Positions 40,405 through 53,177 of a stretch of DNA of 64,000 bases are shown here, piece by piece. Each line of letters opens with the position of its first letter. Position 1 is the stretch's first letter. The translations under genes were made by a program, and so were the position numbers. Origin of the DNA: the human T2T-CHM13v2.0 reference genome, Homo sapiens. Where the stretch lies: the NCBI GenBank assembly GCA_009914755.4, contig CP068257.2:21312001-21376000 (forward strand), given 5' to 3'. Below the pieces are notes generated by a model, which was not told the origin of the DNA, searched no databases, and saw only the letters and a list, made by a program, of their open reading frames with translations.

Positions 40405-43400
40405 CTCCTGAATGATCATTGGCTCAACAATGAAATCAAGATGGAAATTAAATAATTCATTGAACTGAATGATGATATTGACACAACCTATCAAAACCTC
40501 TGGGATTCGCCAGTGGTGGTGCTAAGAAGAAAGTTCATAGCCTTAAATGCCTATATCAAATAGTCTGAAAAAGCACAAATAGAAAATCTAAGGTCACACC
40601 TCAAGGAACTACAGAAACAAGAACAAACCAAACCCAAACCCAGCAGAAGAAAAGAAATAACAACGATCAGAACAGAACTAAAGGAAATTGAAACAAAGAA
40701 AAAATACAAAAAATAAATGAAACAAAAAACTGGTTATTTGAAAAGATAAATAAAATTGATAGACCATTAGTGAGATAAACCCAGAAAAGAAGATAAAAGA
40801 TCCAAATAAGCTCAATTAGAAAAAAAATGGGAGATATTACAACCTATACCACAGAAATACAAAAGATCATTCATGGCTACTATGAACACCCCAACATGCA
40901 TAAACTAGAAAACTTAGAGCAGATGGATAAATTCCTGGAAATATACAACACTCCTAGATTGAATCAGGAAGAAACAGAAACTCTGAACAGACCAATAACA
41001 AGTAGTGAGATTTAAACTGTAATTAAAGTTACCAACAACAACAACAACAACAAAACCCCAGGAGCAGAATGATTCACAGCTGAATTCTATCAGATATTCA
41101 AAAAACACTTGGTGCCAATGCTATTGACACTATTCCAAAAGATATAGAAAGAAGGAATCCTCCCTAAATCATCCTATGAAGACAGTACCAGTTTAACACC
41201 AAAACGAGGAAAGGACTTCACAAATAAAGAAAAGTATAGAACAATATTCCTGATGAACAGGGATGCAAAAATCCTCAATAAAATGCTAGCTATCCAAATC
41301 TAACAGCATATCAAAAAGATAATCCACCATGATCAATTAGGTTTCAAACCTACTTGATTCAGGGATAGTTTGACATCTGCAAGTCAATAATTATGAAACA
41401 CCACTCAATGAGAATTTTAAAAAAATACCTCACATGATTATTTCATTTGAAAATGCATTTCTCAAAATCCAGCATCCGTTTATGGTTAAAACCTTCAGCA
41501 AAATTGGCACAGAAGGGACATACCTTAAGGTAATAAATGCCATCTATGACAAAACCACAGCTCACATTATACTGAATGGGGGAAAGTTGAAAGTATTCCC
41601 CCTGAGAACTGGAAAAAAGAAGGATGCCCACTTTCACCATCTCTGTTCAACATAGTACTGGAAGTCCTAGCCAGAGAAGTCAGACAAGAGAAGGAAATAA
41701 AAGGCCTCCAAATCAGCTAAGAGGAAATCCAACTGTCGCTATTTGCTGATGACATGATTGTATAACCAGAAAACCCTGAAGACTCCTCCAGAAAGCTCCT
41801 AGAACTGGTAAATGAATTAAGCAAAGTGTCAAAATTAATTAATGTGCAAAATTAATGTACACAAATCAGTAGCCCTGCTATATACCAACAGTGACCAAAC
41901 TGAGAATCTAATTAAGAACTCAATCCCTTTCACAATAGCTGCAAAATAAATAAAATAAATAAAATAAAATACTTAGGAATACACTTAACCAAGAAAGTGA
42001 AACATCTCTACAAGGAAAACTACAAAACACTGCTGAAAGATATCATAGACTACACAAACAAATGGAAACATATCCCATGCTCATGGATGGGTAGAATCAA
42101 GAATATGAAAATGACCATACTGCTGAAAGCAATCTACAAACTCAATGCAATTCCCATCAAAATACTACCATCATTGTTCACAGAATTAGAAAAAAAAATC
42201 CTAAAATTCATATGGAACAAAAAAGAGCTCACATAGCCAAAGCAAGGCTAAGCAAAAAGAAGAAATCTGGAGGCATTACATTAATTTACTTCAAACATTA
42301 CTATACAGCCATAGTCACCAAAACAGCATGATACTGGTATAAAAATAGGGATATCGACTAAGGGAACAGAATAGAGAGCCCAAAAATAATGCCAAATACT
42401 CATGGTCAACTGATCCTTGACAAAACAAACAAAAATATAAAGTAGGGGAAAGGACACCCTATTCAACAAATTGTGCTGGGATAGTTGGCAAGCCACAGGT
42501 AGAATAATAATACTGGATCTTCATCTCTCACTTTACACAAAAATCAATTCAAGATGGATCAAAGACTTAAATCTAAGACCTGAAAGCATAAAAATTCTAG
42601 AAGATAACATTAGAAAAACCCTTCTACACATTGGTTTAGGCAAAGTCTTCATGAACAAGAACCCAAAAGCAAATGCAACAGAAACAAAAATAAATAGACG
42701 GGACTTAATTAAACTAAAAAGCTTCTACACAACAAAAGAAATAATCAGCACAGTAAACAGACAACTCATAGAGTGGGAGAAAATCTTTGCAATCTATAGA
42801 TGGACTTGCAATCTATACATGCACTATACATGCAACAAAGGACTAATATCCAGAATCTACAATGAACTCAAACAAATCAACAAGTAAAAACAAATCATTC
42901 CACCAAAAAGTGGGTTAAGGACATGAGTAGACAATTCTCCAAAGAAAATATACAAATGGACAACAAACATATTAAAACATGCTCAATGTCACTAATGATT
43001 GTGGAAATGCAAATCAAAATCACAATGAATTACAATCTTACTATTGAAAGAATGGCCATAATAAAAAAATAATACATGTTGGCATGGATGCGGTGACAAG
43101 GGAACAGTTTTACACTGTTGATGGGAAGGGAAACTAGTACAATCACTACAGAAAACAGTGTGAAGATTCCTTAAAGAACTAAAAGTAGATCTACCATTTA
43201 ATCCAGCAGTCCCACTACTGGATATCTACCTAGAGGAAAAGAAGTCATTATACAAAAAAGATACTTGTACACGCATGTTTATAGCAGCACAATTTGCAAT
43301 TGCAAAAATATGGAACAAGCACAAAAGCCCATCAGTCAAGAAGTGGATAAAGAGAATATGGTAATATATATTTATATATACATACACACACCATGTATAT

Positions 43401-43760
43401 ATACACACCATGGAATACTAGTCAGCCATAAAAAATAATGAAATAATGGCATTTGCAGCAACTTGGATACAGTTGGAGACATTATTCTAAGTGAAGTAAC
43501 TTGGGAATGAAAAAAACATTGTTCTCAGTCATAAGTGGGAGCTAAGCTATGAAGATACAAAGGCCTAAGAATGATACAATGGACTTTGGGGACTTCGGGG
43601 AAAGGGTGGGAGGCAGGTGAGAAATAAAATACCACACATTGGCTAAAGTCTACACTACTTGGGTGATGGGTGCACCAAAATCTCAGAAATCACCACTAAA
43701 GAACTAGTTCATGTAACTAAACACTGCCTGTTCCTCGAACACCAATTACAATATAAAAAA
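40405..43760 (+). mobile_element. Same L1: ORF2 from about aa 225 (endonuclease C-terminus) through RT and the Cys domain, then 3'UTR and poly(A): direct segment 2
   Basis: [25 protein letters not shown] (ORF2 EN end). ORF-track pieces 40827-41015, 41434-41655, 41997-42236 and 42471-42887 match ORF2 ([40 protein letters not shown]; ...[17 protein letters not shown]; [35 protein letters not shown]; [25 protein letters not shown]). 3' end ...caccactaaagaactagttcatgtaactaaacactgcctgttcctcgaacaccaattacaatataaaaaa. Confidence 0.85.
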
Positions 43761-43904
43761 TTTTACAAATGCATGAAGGGCTGCAAAAAAAGAATAACAA
43801 ACACCAGATGCATTTTCAGTATTAATTTATAAATTAATTATGTCTTTGGTACTATTGCTCAAAATAAATTTTTTGGTCTTATTGGACATGATGATTAATT
43901 CAAT

Positions 43905-44360
43905 GTGTCAATTTGACTGGGATAAGGAGTACCCAGACATTTGGTGGAGCATTATTTTTGTTGTGTCTGTTAGGGTGCCTCTGAATGAGATTAATATTTG
44001 AATCCCATTGACTGAGTAGTGCGGATAGGCCTCATGCAGTCATTAAAAACCTGAAAGGAACACAAAGTCTGAATGAAAGGTAACATTTTGACCCCTCTGC
44101 TTGAGCTTGAACATTGGTGTTCTCCTGTCCTTAAATAGAACTTACACCAATGCCTCAATGCCTCTCCTGGGTTTCTAGCTTGCTGACTATAGACTTTGGG
44201 ACTTTGCAGCCTCCATAGTCATGTGACCCAATTCCTTATGATCACTCAATCAGTCTCTTTTATTATATATATATCTCTCCCCCTTAGAAATTTATAAAGA
44301 CTGTCATGTAGAGAGACAGTCTTTTACCTTTTCTGTTTCTTTCAGGAACCCTGACTAATG
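43905..44360 (+). mobile_element. MLT1-type (MaLR) LTR
   Basis: Starts tgtgtcaatttgactgggataaggagtacccagacatttggtggagcattatttttg...gagattaatatttgaatcccattgactgagtag...cttgagcttgaacattggtgttctcctgtcc...tttgggactttgcagcctccatagtcatgtgacccaattcc and ends ggaaccctgactaatga. The overall architecture matches MLT1 LTRs. Confidence 0.55.
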
Positions 44361-45607
44361 AAGTAGAATTCTGTAATTCTGAAAAGAAAAGTGACATTGC
44401 TTAAAAAGTGAATTATACTAACTGTGTTTTTAAAGTCATGAAGAAAAATTATCATATTTTTAATTGTCTTATGGGAAGTAAAACTCAACCTTACATAATT
44501 TGAAAAATATTTTATTCCTGTTAATTGTGAAACAACTGGCTTTCTTTTTTTTTAAGCTAGAGTAGACTAAAATTGATTTTTTTAGTATAGAAAATAAAGT
44601 GGCATTCCTTTTTCAGGTTTGTATCTTGGGAATGATACACAGAATAATTTAAGGGAAAAGGTTGGAAATGTGTATGATTTCATTTCTGTTGCTCTCATTT
44701 TGTAAGAGAAGATTATTTCATGCTGTTACTGCAAGTTTACTTACTCAGTTCCTGAGTACTAATAATAGCTCAAAATTTCTAGTATATGATTACCAAATGA
44801 GATTTTACTGAAACTAAATAAGACTGCAATACATAGATGAAGAGCGAAATTTTGACAATGTTAATGTTCTTTTTAAATCAATGCAATAAATACAAAGTGC
44901 AGCAATGAGAAGAAATTAAATATTTGTTTTACTTAGTAAATCTTTATGTGTTATCTATGTATCAGTCACTTTGTTAAGCTCTTTACAAATTTAGCATTGT
45001 TTAGTTATCATAACCCTGAACTGCAAATATTTTTAGTATTGTCTCCATTTGAAAATCAGAAAATGAAATGTTGACAATGTATTAAATTGTCCCAAACAAA
45101 GGTATCAAGTAGCATGTGATTATAAATGGTTATTATTTATTATATGGTAGTCTTGGTAAATTGCTAGTTTAACTTTTGTATTTAACAACTGGAAGAGGAC
45201 TTTTAAAATCCTGATTATAATACCCATTTTATGTAGCATTTTAGTAGATTTTCATTGCTCTAACCATAGTGACCAAAATCTTTATCCTGGATGACAAGGT
45301 CTAGGTGCTGTTTCTGTTCAATTCACCAGCTTCATTTTCTGTTTTCCCACCTCTCTTGGCCTCATATCCTGTCTTCCCACATCTAATGATTCTGGGTACC
45401 TCACTCTTTTGTCATGTTTTGGTCCATCATACCCAATACATTATTTAGTCCTCAAATCAAATAACAACAAATGAATTAGTTAATGAAGAATAAATAAATG
45501 AAGCAGCTCACAGAATAAAGAAACCATATTTTAAAGAGAAATCAGTGAGCCTCCAGCACTCACTAGGAAGATCATACCTAATTATTTGGTTAGAATGTAC
45601 CTCTCCA

Positions 45608-45918
45608 GGCCAGTCATAGTGGCTCATGCCTGTCATCTCAGCAACTTGGGAGGTTGAGACATGAGGATTGCTTGAGGCCAGGAGTTTGAGAATAGCCTGA
45701 GCAACACAGTTAGACACCATCTCTATAAAAAATTTAAATTAAATTAAATTAGACAGGCATGATGGTTAATCTGTAGTCATCCTAGCTACTGGGGTGGCTG
45801 AGGAGGAGGAATACTTGAGCCCAGGAGTTCAAGGTCACAGTAAGCTATGACCACAACACTGCACTGCAGCCTTGGTGACAGAGCAGAATCCTGTCTCTTG
45901 AAAAAGAAAGAAATTTAC
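45608..45918 (+). mobile_element. Older Alu (J/S-type, fairly diverged), plus, with A-rich tail and a likely TSD tacctctcca
   Basis: ggccagtcatagtggctcatgcctgtcatctcagcaacttgggaggttgagacatgaggattgcttgaggccaggagtttgag...ccacaacactgcactgcagccttggtgacagagcagaatcctgtctcttgaaaaagaaagaaa, flanked by tacctctcca on both sides. Confidence 0.85.
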
Positions 45919-47739
45919 CTCTCCATAAGAACTTATTAAACCCTCACAAATGTGCAAGTATACACACAAAAACATTCTGTTTCATATGTCCCTAAATTAT
46001 TTTTCAAATCCAAAACATGTTTGTTACTGAGATTACATGCTTGAATAGAATTTTTTAGAAAGAAAACCTTCATATGTCTTCATTATACTATGACCAATAG
46101 TATAGTCAAGAAAGGTCATAAAAGTCTCCGAGCCTGAAATTATTTTTCCAATTAACTGTATAAAATGTTAAAGTTCTGGGTATAGATAACTTTTTCTCAA
46201 TAATGGTAGCAAAGATTATAATAACACAGAGTCGTTGAATTTAGAACTATGGTTCAAGTTCTACCTGTCCAACTTAGTGGCAGTATGACTTTAGGAGTAA
46301 ACAAAATCTTATCTAAAAACAAGCAATTAATAAATATCACTTTAAATCAATATTATTATGATTGTTCAAATAACAGAATTTAAACATACTAATTATATAC
46401 TTATATGTTTAAATTATTTCAGTTTACAAGGATACACATTTAATACTTCTCCAAATTATTATCTAGCATAATCCAAAAGAGCATGCTTTAAACAGTACTC
46501 GCCCAACTCACAAAAATACAATTATTAGTGATGCTCACCTAGAGTGAAACTATTTACTCATTTGCCCACAGCTAGCAAGGCTTGATAGAATGAAATGAAA
46601 ATACTGAGAACCAGAGCAAATTTTTAGAAGGCTCCAAAAAGATATGTTAACTATAAAAGTAAATATACATATTTGCAGTTTTTCAAGACCATAAACCATA
46701 GCTGATAATGTTTAAATTGTTTTCGTTAATCAATTCTCTTATGAAGATGAGAGGCATCTGATGAATTTTGCTTAAAATTCGTAACTAATCTTTTTCAAGT
46801 TTAATGATGTATAAAAGTTTTAAAAGTCTATTAGTGTTGAAGAATTAATGTGAGTGTTTATGGTAGAATCAGCATGATTTGTCTAGTGAAAATTCTGGGT
46901 TGATCAGACGGAACCTTCTAAAAATGTACAAATCTTTTGGGACTGTTTGGTAAATGGATGTGCCTATTATCAAGCACTGTTTCATTATAAGAGTAAATGT
47001 GTTTCATCCACAAAGGGCCAATATTGTGATATGTGAAGAAACATACCATCGTGGTATGTGGAGAAATTGTAAAGTGTATTGATAATGTTGCTGTATAATA
47101 CCTTGTACCAATTCATAAATAAAATATTAATGAGTACAAAGGGCATTATATTGCAGTTCTTATAAGTAGTTTTTATTTTTTCTTTTGTTTCTCGTAACAA
47201 CTAAAGGAATAGTTTTACTCTGAGATCCATTTTATAGTTAAGAAGTTCGGGCTGATTAAATGACTTTTCCAAACTATTCAAGGTAGAATGTGGAAAACCA
47301 AGAAATGATAGTAATTTTTGTAAATTATAACCTCATTTTCTTTTCAATATATTATTCTTCTCTTTACACTATCATCGCATACTCTTTTGTCTCCTACTGT
47401 TTCTTTCTCTACGTTTTTATTGATTTTGCTGTTTTACCTGACAGAGCCATCAATGTACTCATCCCAGGAGGTTGCCTTATACTAGGGCATTTAATCAAAT
47501 TGTGATACTTGACATTAATAATTATTTAGCACCTGAGTTTGTTTAGGAATCTAGTAACTTTCCAGAATGTATACAGAGTTTGGCTCCCTAAGGAGCTTTT
47601 TAAAATATGTTTATTGGCTGCATAAATGTCTTCTTCTGAGAAGTATCTGTTCCTATTCTTTGCCCACTTTTTGATGGGCCTCATTATTAAATTTTTTAAT
47701 GAGAAAGGGCTAAGTTACTTTCAAAGTTAGCATTGTTAT

Positions 47740-47890
47740 CTCACTTTACAGTTGAGAAAACTGGAGTACAGAGAATTTAACTACTTGGCCAAAAGTTACA
47801 ACATTGCCAGGTGGCAGACTCAGGATTCATAGCCTGGCTGTTTGGTTCCAGACTCTACACACAATCTACTCTGTCCCACTGCTTAATAAG
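47740..47890 (+). mobile_element. MIR (ancient SINE) core fragment
   Basis: tctcactttacagttgagaaaactggagtacagagaatttaactacttggccaaaagttacaacattgccaggtggcagactcaggattcatagcctggctgtttggttccagactc parallels the MIR core (...ttttacagatgaggaaactgaggctcagagaggttaagtaacttgcccaaggtcacacagctagtaagtggcagagccaggattcgaacccagg...). Confidence 0.6.
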
Positions 47891-49293
47891 ATGCCTCTCC
47901 CAGCATAGCTCAGATAAAAGGAAAGTGGCAGGCAAAAGTAGCATATATTTCAGCAAGAGGAAAATTATTAAATGTTGGGTGGAATTAACTGTCTCTAATA
48001 TCACTGAGCTGAAAATTAAATAATGGTAGATATTTTAAAGTCAACAGGATTAAAAAAATTAATAATTGCTAAAACATCACTGTAGAATTTAGAGATAATC
48101 TTCCAAAGACATAACATTAAGTAATATATCCTTAAAAATATATATCTTCCCCATTATCTTATAAAGCTGTGTCCACCTTAATTAAGAAAAAAATAATGTG
48201 ATACAAACAACTGTTTTTTCTCTAATAGTTCTCCTCCTTAAAATGTACTCACCATGAGCCTAGATCTGAAAGTCTCATTAGAATTGATATGGATATCCAA
48301 TCCCATCAAACACTTTTCATTTGTCACAGTTCTCTCCGTAGGTTTTTACACTTAGTCAATATTTGCTCATTCTTTCGAGATTTCCTGATCTTGTCTCAAT
48401 AGGTACATAATTCCTGCTATACTTGATCATGTTTGTTCAGAATGGGCCTAGAGTAGAAGTTAGATAGTAGAGACTAGATAGTCGAAGTTTCATTTCTATT
48501 CTGTTTTTGTTTGTTTGTTTAATGGAGCCATGAAGTGGTCTCATTACTAATCTCCACGAAACAGCAATTTATTTAATAGCGGGATGATAATATTTGCAAC
48601 AGCAGTATTCAAAGTGAAGAGCAGAATATGGAATTAGCCCATGCAGATGGCATATATATTTTTAAGATTGACATAATTGCCACAGACAATCCTGTTAGGG
48701 TCATCAGGTAGCCTAGTACTGGTGCAGCCAAGTGCTTGGTTCCCTTTTCCAGTGCCCAGCACCCCATGCACCCATTCCTTAAGCTGGGGTACTTCTACTG
48801 GCATTTGCATGTTAGTCTTACTAAGATTATTTAGCATTGGTCTCCAAACTTGACTGTGACATTTTCAATCGATACTTTGATTACATAACTTAGCCACATG
48901 TCACATCATCAAGTGAAATATAAATGTGAATGTCGTTTTCGCTGTGGAAACGAAATTGAATACCATAGAATGACTACGAAATTCAGGTATTTTAAAAATA
49001 CATTTTTATAAAAGGCATAGGCAATGAAAGCATAAAGATTGAAAATAAATTGTAAATGTTTGAAAGAATCCTGCCTTCGGATTATTGTCACATTGATGTT
49101 TTCAGGCTATTTTAAAGAAACTGAAACTTTTGAATATATAGAAAATGCAAGACTAGTGAGGATTTTGGAAACAATATGAGTTTGAACTCCAATAAATTGA
49201 GTCTATATTTTAAAAAGGAGTTTTATTTAGACAATTAAATATCTCTGAATTAGAGAAGATACTGATATTACGTTTTTCTTTTAAAAGTAGCAG

Positions 49294-50490
49294 CTGGACC
49301 CCTTCCTTATATCTTATAGAAAAGTTAACTCAAGATGGATTAAAGATTTTAAAGCCCAAAACCATAGAAACCTTTGAAGAAAACCTAGGCAAAACCGTTC
49401 AGGACATAGGCATGGGCAAAGACTTCATGACAAAAACACCAAAAGCAACTGCAACAAAAGCGAAAATTAACAAACAGGATCTAATTAAACTAAAGAGCTT
49501 CTGCACAGCAAAGGAAACTATTATCAGCGTGAACAGGCAACCTACAGAATGGGAGAAAAGTTCTGCAATCTACCCATCTGACAAAGGTATAATATCCAGG
49601 ATCTACAAGGAACTTAAACAAATCCAAAAGAAAAAAAAAACAAACAGCCCCATCAAAAAGTAGGCAAAAGATAGGAACAGATACTTCTCAAAAGAAGACA
49701 TTTATGCAGCCAATAAACATATTTTGAAAAGCTTGACATCACTGATCACTAGAGAAATGCAAATCAAAACCAAAATGTGATACCATCTCACGCCAGTCAG
49801 AATGGCGATCTTGGCAAGGCTGTGGAGAAATAGGAACACTTTTATACTGTTGGTAGGAATGTAAATTAGTTCAACCATTGTGGAAGACAGTGTGGCAATT
49901 CCTCAAGAATCTAGAACCAGAAATACCATTTGACACAGCAATCCCATTACTGGGTAAATACCCAAAGGAATGTAAATCATTCTACTATAAAGAAACATGA
50001 AAATGTATGTTTATTGCCGCACTGTTTACAATAGCAAAGACATGGAACCAACCGAAAAGTCCATCAACGATATACTGGATAAAGAAAATGTGGTACATAT
50101 ACACCATGGAATACTATGCAGCCATATAAAGGAATGAAATCATGTCCTTTGCAGGGACACGGATGAAGCTGGAAGCCATCATCCGCAGCAAACTAACACA
50201 GAAACAGAAAACAAAACGCTGCATGTTCTCACTCACGAGTGGGAGTTGAACAATAAGAACACATGGACACAGGGAGGGGAACAACACACACCGAGGCCAG
50301 TAGGGTGGTGGGGGTTGAGGGGAGGGAGAGCATTAAGACAAATAGCCAATGTGTGCAGGGCTTAAAACCTAGATGATAGGGTGATAGGTGCAGCAAACCA
50401 CCATGGCACGTGTATACCTATGTAACAAACCTACATGTTCTGCACATGTATCCTGGAAGTTAAAGTAAAATAAAAAATTAATAATAATAA
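49294..50490 (+). mobile_element. LINE-1 L1PA-type (intermediate age) 3' fragment, plus, with a small internal deletion near 49810
   Basis: ctggaccccttccttatatcttatagaaaagttaactcaagatggattaaagat ([18 protein letters not shown]). ORF 49412-49663 reads [49 protein letters not shown]. Further along: ...tggtacatatacaccatggaatactatgcagccat... and ...tgtatacctatgtaacaaacctacatgttctgcacatgtatcctggaagttaaagtaaaataaaaaatt. Confidence 0.85.
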
Positions 50491-51699
50491 CAACTTTGCT
50501 TTTAGCGTTCAACATACAATATTTTATGTCCAAGTATGGATATCAAGCATTAATATCCAAAATACTATATATGTAAATTTTAGATTAAAATAAAATTAAT
50601 ACAACCAAATGTTAAGTTTATATTATTTTATATGATTCATTGCTTTAACTTTCCTAATTACTTTAGCTATGAAATCTTCTTCTCTTTGTTATTAATTTCG
50701 TAATACCAGAAGATTTCTGTGCAACATGAGTATAAGTAAAATTCAGGCAATTTTTTTATAAACTCAAGGAATATGAGAGTTTTAAAAATCTGTTCATGCG
50801 TACAATTTTATGAGAACTGACCCTGAAGAGAAAGTTCTAAATGTACAGACTTTTCTTGAGGTGAAAAGGATTGTGTTAACACTAATGACTGCCTGTACTG
50901 TTTGCCCCATGAGAAAAGCTATCCAGTATGATTGTTTTTAAAGATAGACAAAGCCAGGTGAATTTAATGATACATGTATTCTATTGTCACTAGTGGTTAG
51001 AATGGACAATTTGCATATAGAAATAGTGTCATACAGTACAAAAATTTAAAAACAAAACAAATATTCAAAACATAACTAAGAATATAAAATCACCTTATCA
51101 CTCCCTGGTCCTGCATAGCTATTTGTTGACATTTATATTAAAGCCTTGAGCTATTTTAATGTATTCTCAAGTTTAGGAAATTTTATGTGAATTTGTATCA
51201 AATTGACAATTTTACTAATCTCTGTGTATTTACTTTTTGTAAATTAAATGAATTTTACAGCACCCTTCATTCATCAGCTGCACAGATTTAGCAGGTTTAT
51301 GGTGAATAATTGCATATATTTTTTAACACTGAGTTTCTATCAAAAAGAAAACAATAGAATTTGCAAACAAATGCATGAACAATTTGTTAGTCTATATAAC
51401 TCTCCCACATTTGGAATAGTCCTTCCTGTATAAGTGGAAGTAAAAAGCTAGCTTTTCATTCATAATTACGATTAGAATTAGGCATGCTTTAATTGTGTTG
51501 ATGCTCTCTTATACCAGTTAATAAATCTCTCTCTCATATCAAATTGATTTAATAAAAATATCCTGTGCTATGTTTTTTCTCCTGAATGGATTACTTGTAG
51601 CTATACTTAAAAAAATCTTTCTAATTTACGAGACAGCTATATTTGTCACAATTCTCTAGAGAGACAGAAGTGGTAGAATATATACAGATAGATATAGAT

Positions 51700-52100
51700 C
51701 AGAAAGAATTTATTAGGGGAATTGGCTCACATAATAATGGAGGCTGAGAAGTTCCCTCCCAGCTTCTGCAAGCTCGAGGCCCTAAAATATTACAGTAGTG
51801 TGGCTCATTCCAAGTCCCAAAGCCTCAGAACCAGGGAAGGCAAAGATGTCACTCTCAGCTGGAGGCTGAAGGCCTGAAAACCCAGAGGGTCTCAGGTGTA
51901 AGTTTCAGAATCCAAAAACCAAAAATCCTAGAGTTTTGATGTCCAAGGACAGGAAAATAAGGGTGTCCCAGCTCTACAAGAGAGAAGTCAGGGTGATAGA
52001 AGGGGGAGCGAGAGCGGGTGATGGGGGATGGGGAGAGAGGAAGAAGGTAGACAAGGAAACAGGGACAGGAGACAGGGAGGAAAATCTCCTTTCCAATGAC
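51700..52100 (-). mobile_element. MaLR (MLT1-like) LTR, minus strand
   Basis: gaattggctcacataataatggaggctgagaagttccc...ctgcaagctcgaggccc...cctcagaaccagggaaggc resembles the reverse complement of the MLT1 3' half (aattggctcacacgattatggaggctgagaagtcccacgatctgccgtctgcaagctggagacccagg...cctgagaaccagg). Confidence 0.4.
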
Positions 52101-52857
52101 TTTTTGTTCTATCTCTGTTCTTCAATATTAATTTTGACAATATTTTGGAAAACTCTAAATAAATTTTGGTGGGATAGACCACACTTTAACCTCTATAGAG
52201 ACTTAGTAACTGGCTTAATCGAATCAGCTTAATTATATTCATTGGTTTCAGGAAAGAGTCTCACAGATTTTAAGCCACTGAAAACCAGGCTAAGGAATTA
52301 TGCTTGCTTGGCTGCTCTGAGAGTGAAGCTCTCTGCATCTGAACAGCAATTCTGTGAGGAGGGAGGTTGACCTTCCTATGTGACTCCAAGAAGAGCACCT
52401 GATGCTCCCTGAAAGAAATGCATGGTCTCCCAGAAGGCTGGGCCTGAGAGAAATAACAGAAAATGTACTAGGCAGAGGCTGGATCTTTGGTGCCCTTGGT
52501 GAGGAGACTTAGGTCAAACATTGCCTTCTGCTTTAACTTTTGGGTTAGCAAAATGTACCAAACTTTTTTTTTCCAATGTTCAAAACAGTTTGAATTGGAT
52601 TTTTTTAGTCACTGGGAGCTCACATTTTTATTACAGATAGATAAACACAAAAATACAATGTCTCCTGTTCTCTCACGTTGAAAGAAAGCTACCTCCTCAG
52701 GTTGAATTGGAAATGACATTGAGTTATAAGTACTTCTTAAAGTTGTTGCCATATAAAGACTTCTATCTATACTTCATGCCAAAGACAAATTAAAACAAAT
52801 ACACACACACACACCCCAAAATAAACCTGTTTCTTTTCCGTACAACAGCCTCCTTTC

Positions 52858-53177
52858 TCTTATTTATTTATTTTGAGACAGGATCTCACACTGTCGTCCA
52901 GGCTGGAGTGCAGTGGTGGTGTGATCATGCCTCACTGCAGCCTTGATCTCCTGGGCTCAATAATCCTCTTGCCTCAGCCTCCTAAGTAGCTGAGACTATA
53001 GCCAAGCACCACTAAGCCAGGATAATTTTAAAATTGTTTTGTAGAGAGGAGATCTCACTGTGTTGCACAGGCTGATCTCAAACTCCTTGGGCTCAAGTGA
53101 TCCTCCTGCCGTGGCTTCCCAAAGTGCTGGGATTACAGGCTACAGACATGAGCCACCGTGCCAGGCCTGCTTTCTTT
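52858..53177 (-). mobile_element. Alu (older S/J-type), minus
   Basis: tttatttattttgagacaggatctcacactgtcgtccaggctggagtgcagtggtggtgtgatcatgcctcactgcagcc...gtgctgggattacaggctacagacatgagccaccgtgccaggcc. Confidence 0.9.
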
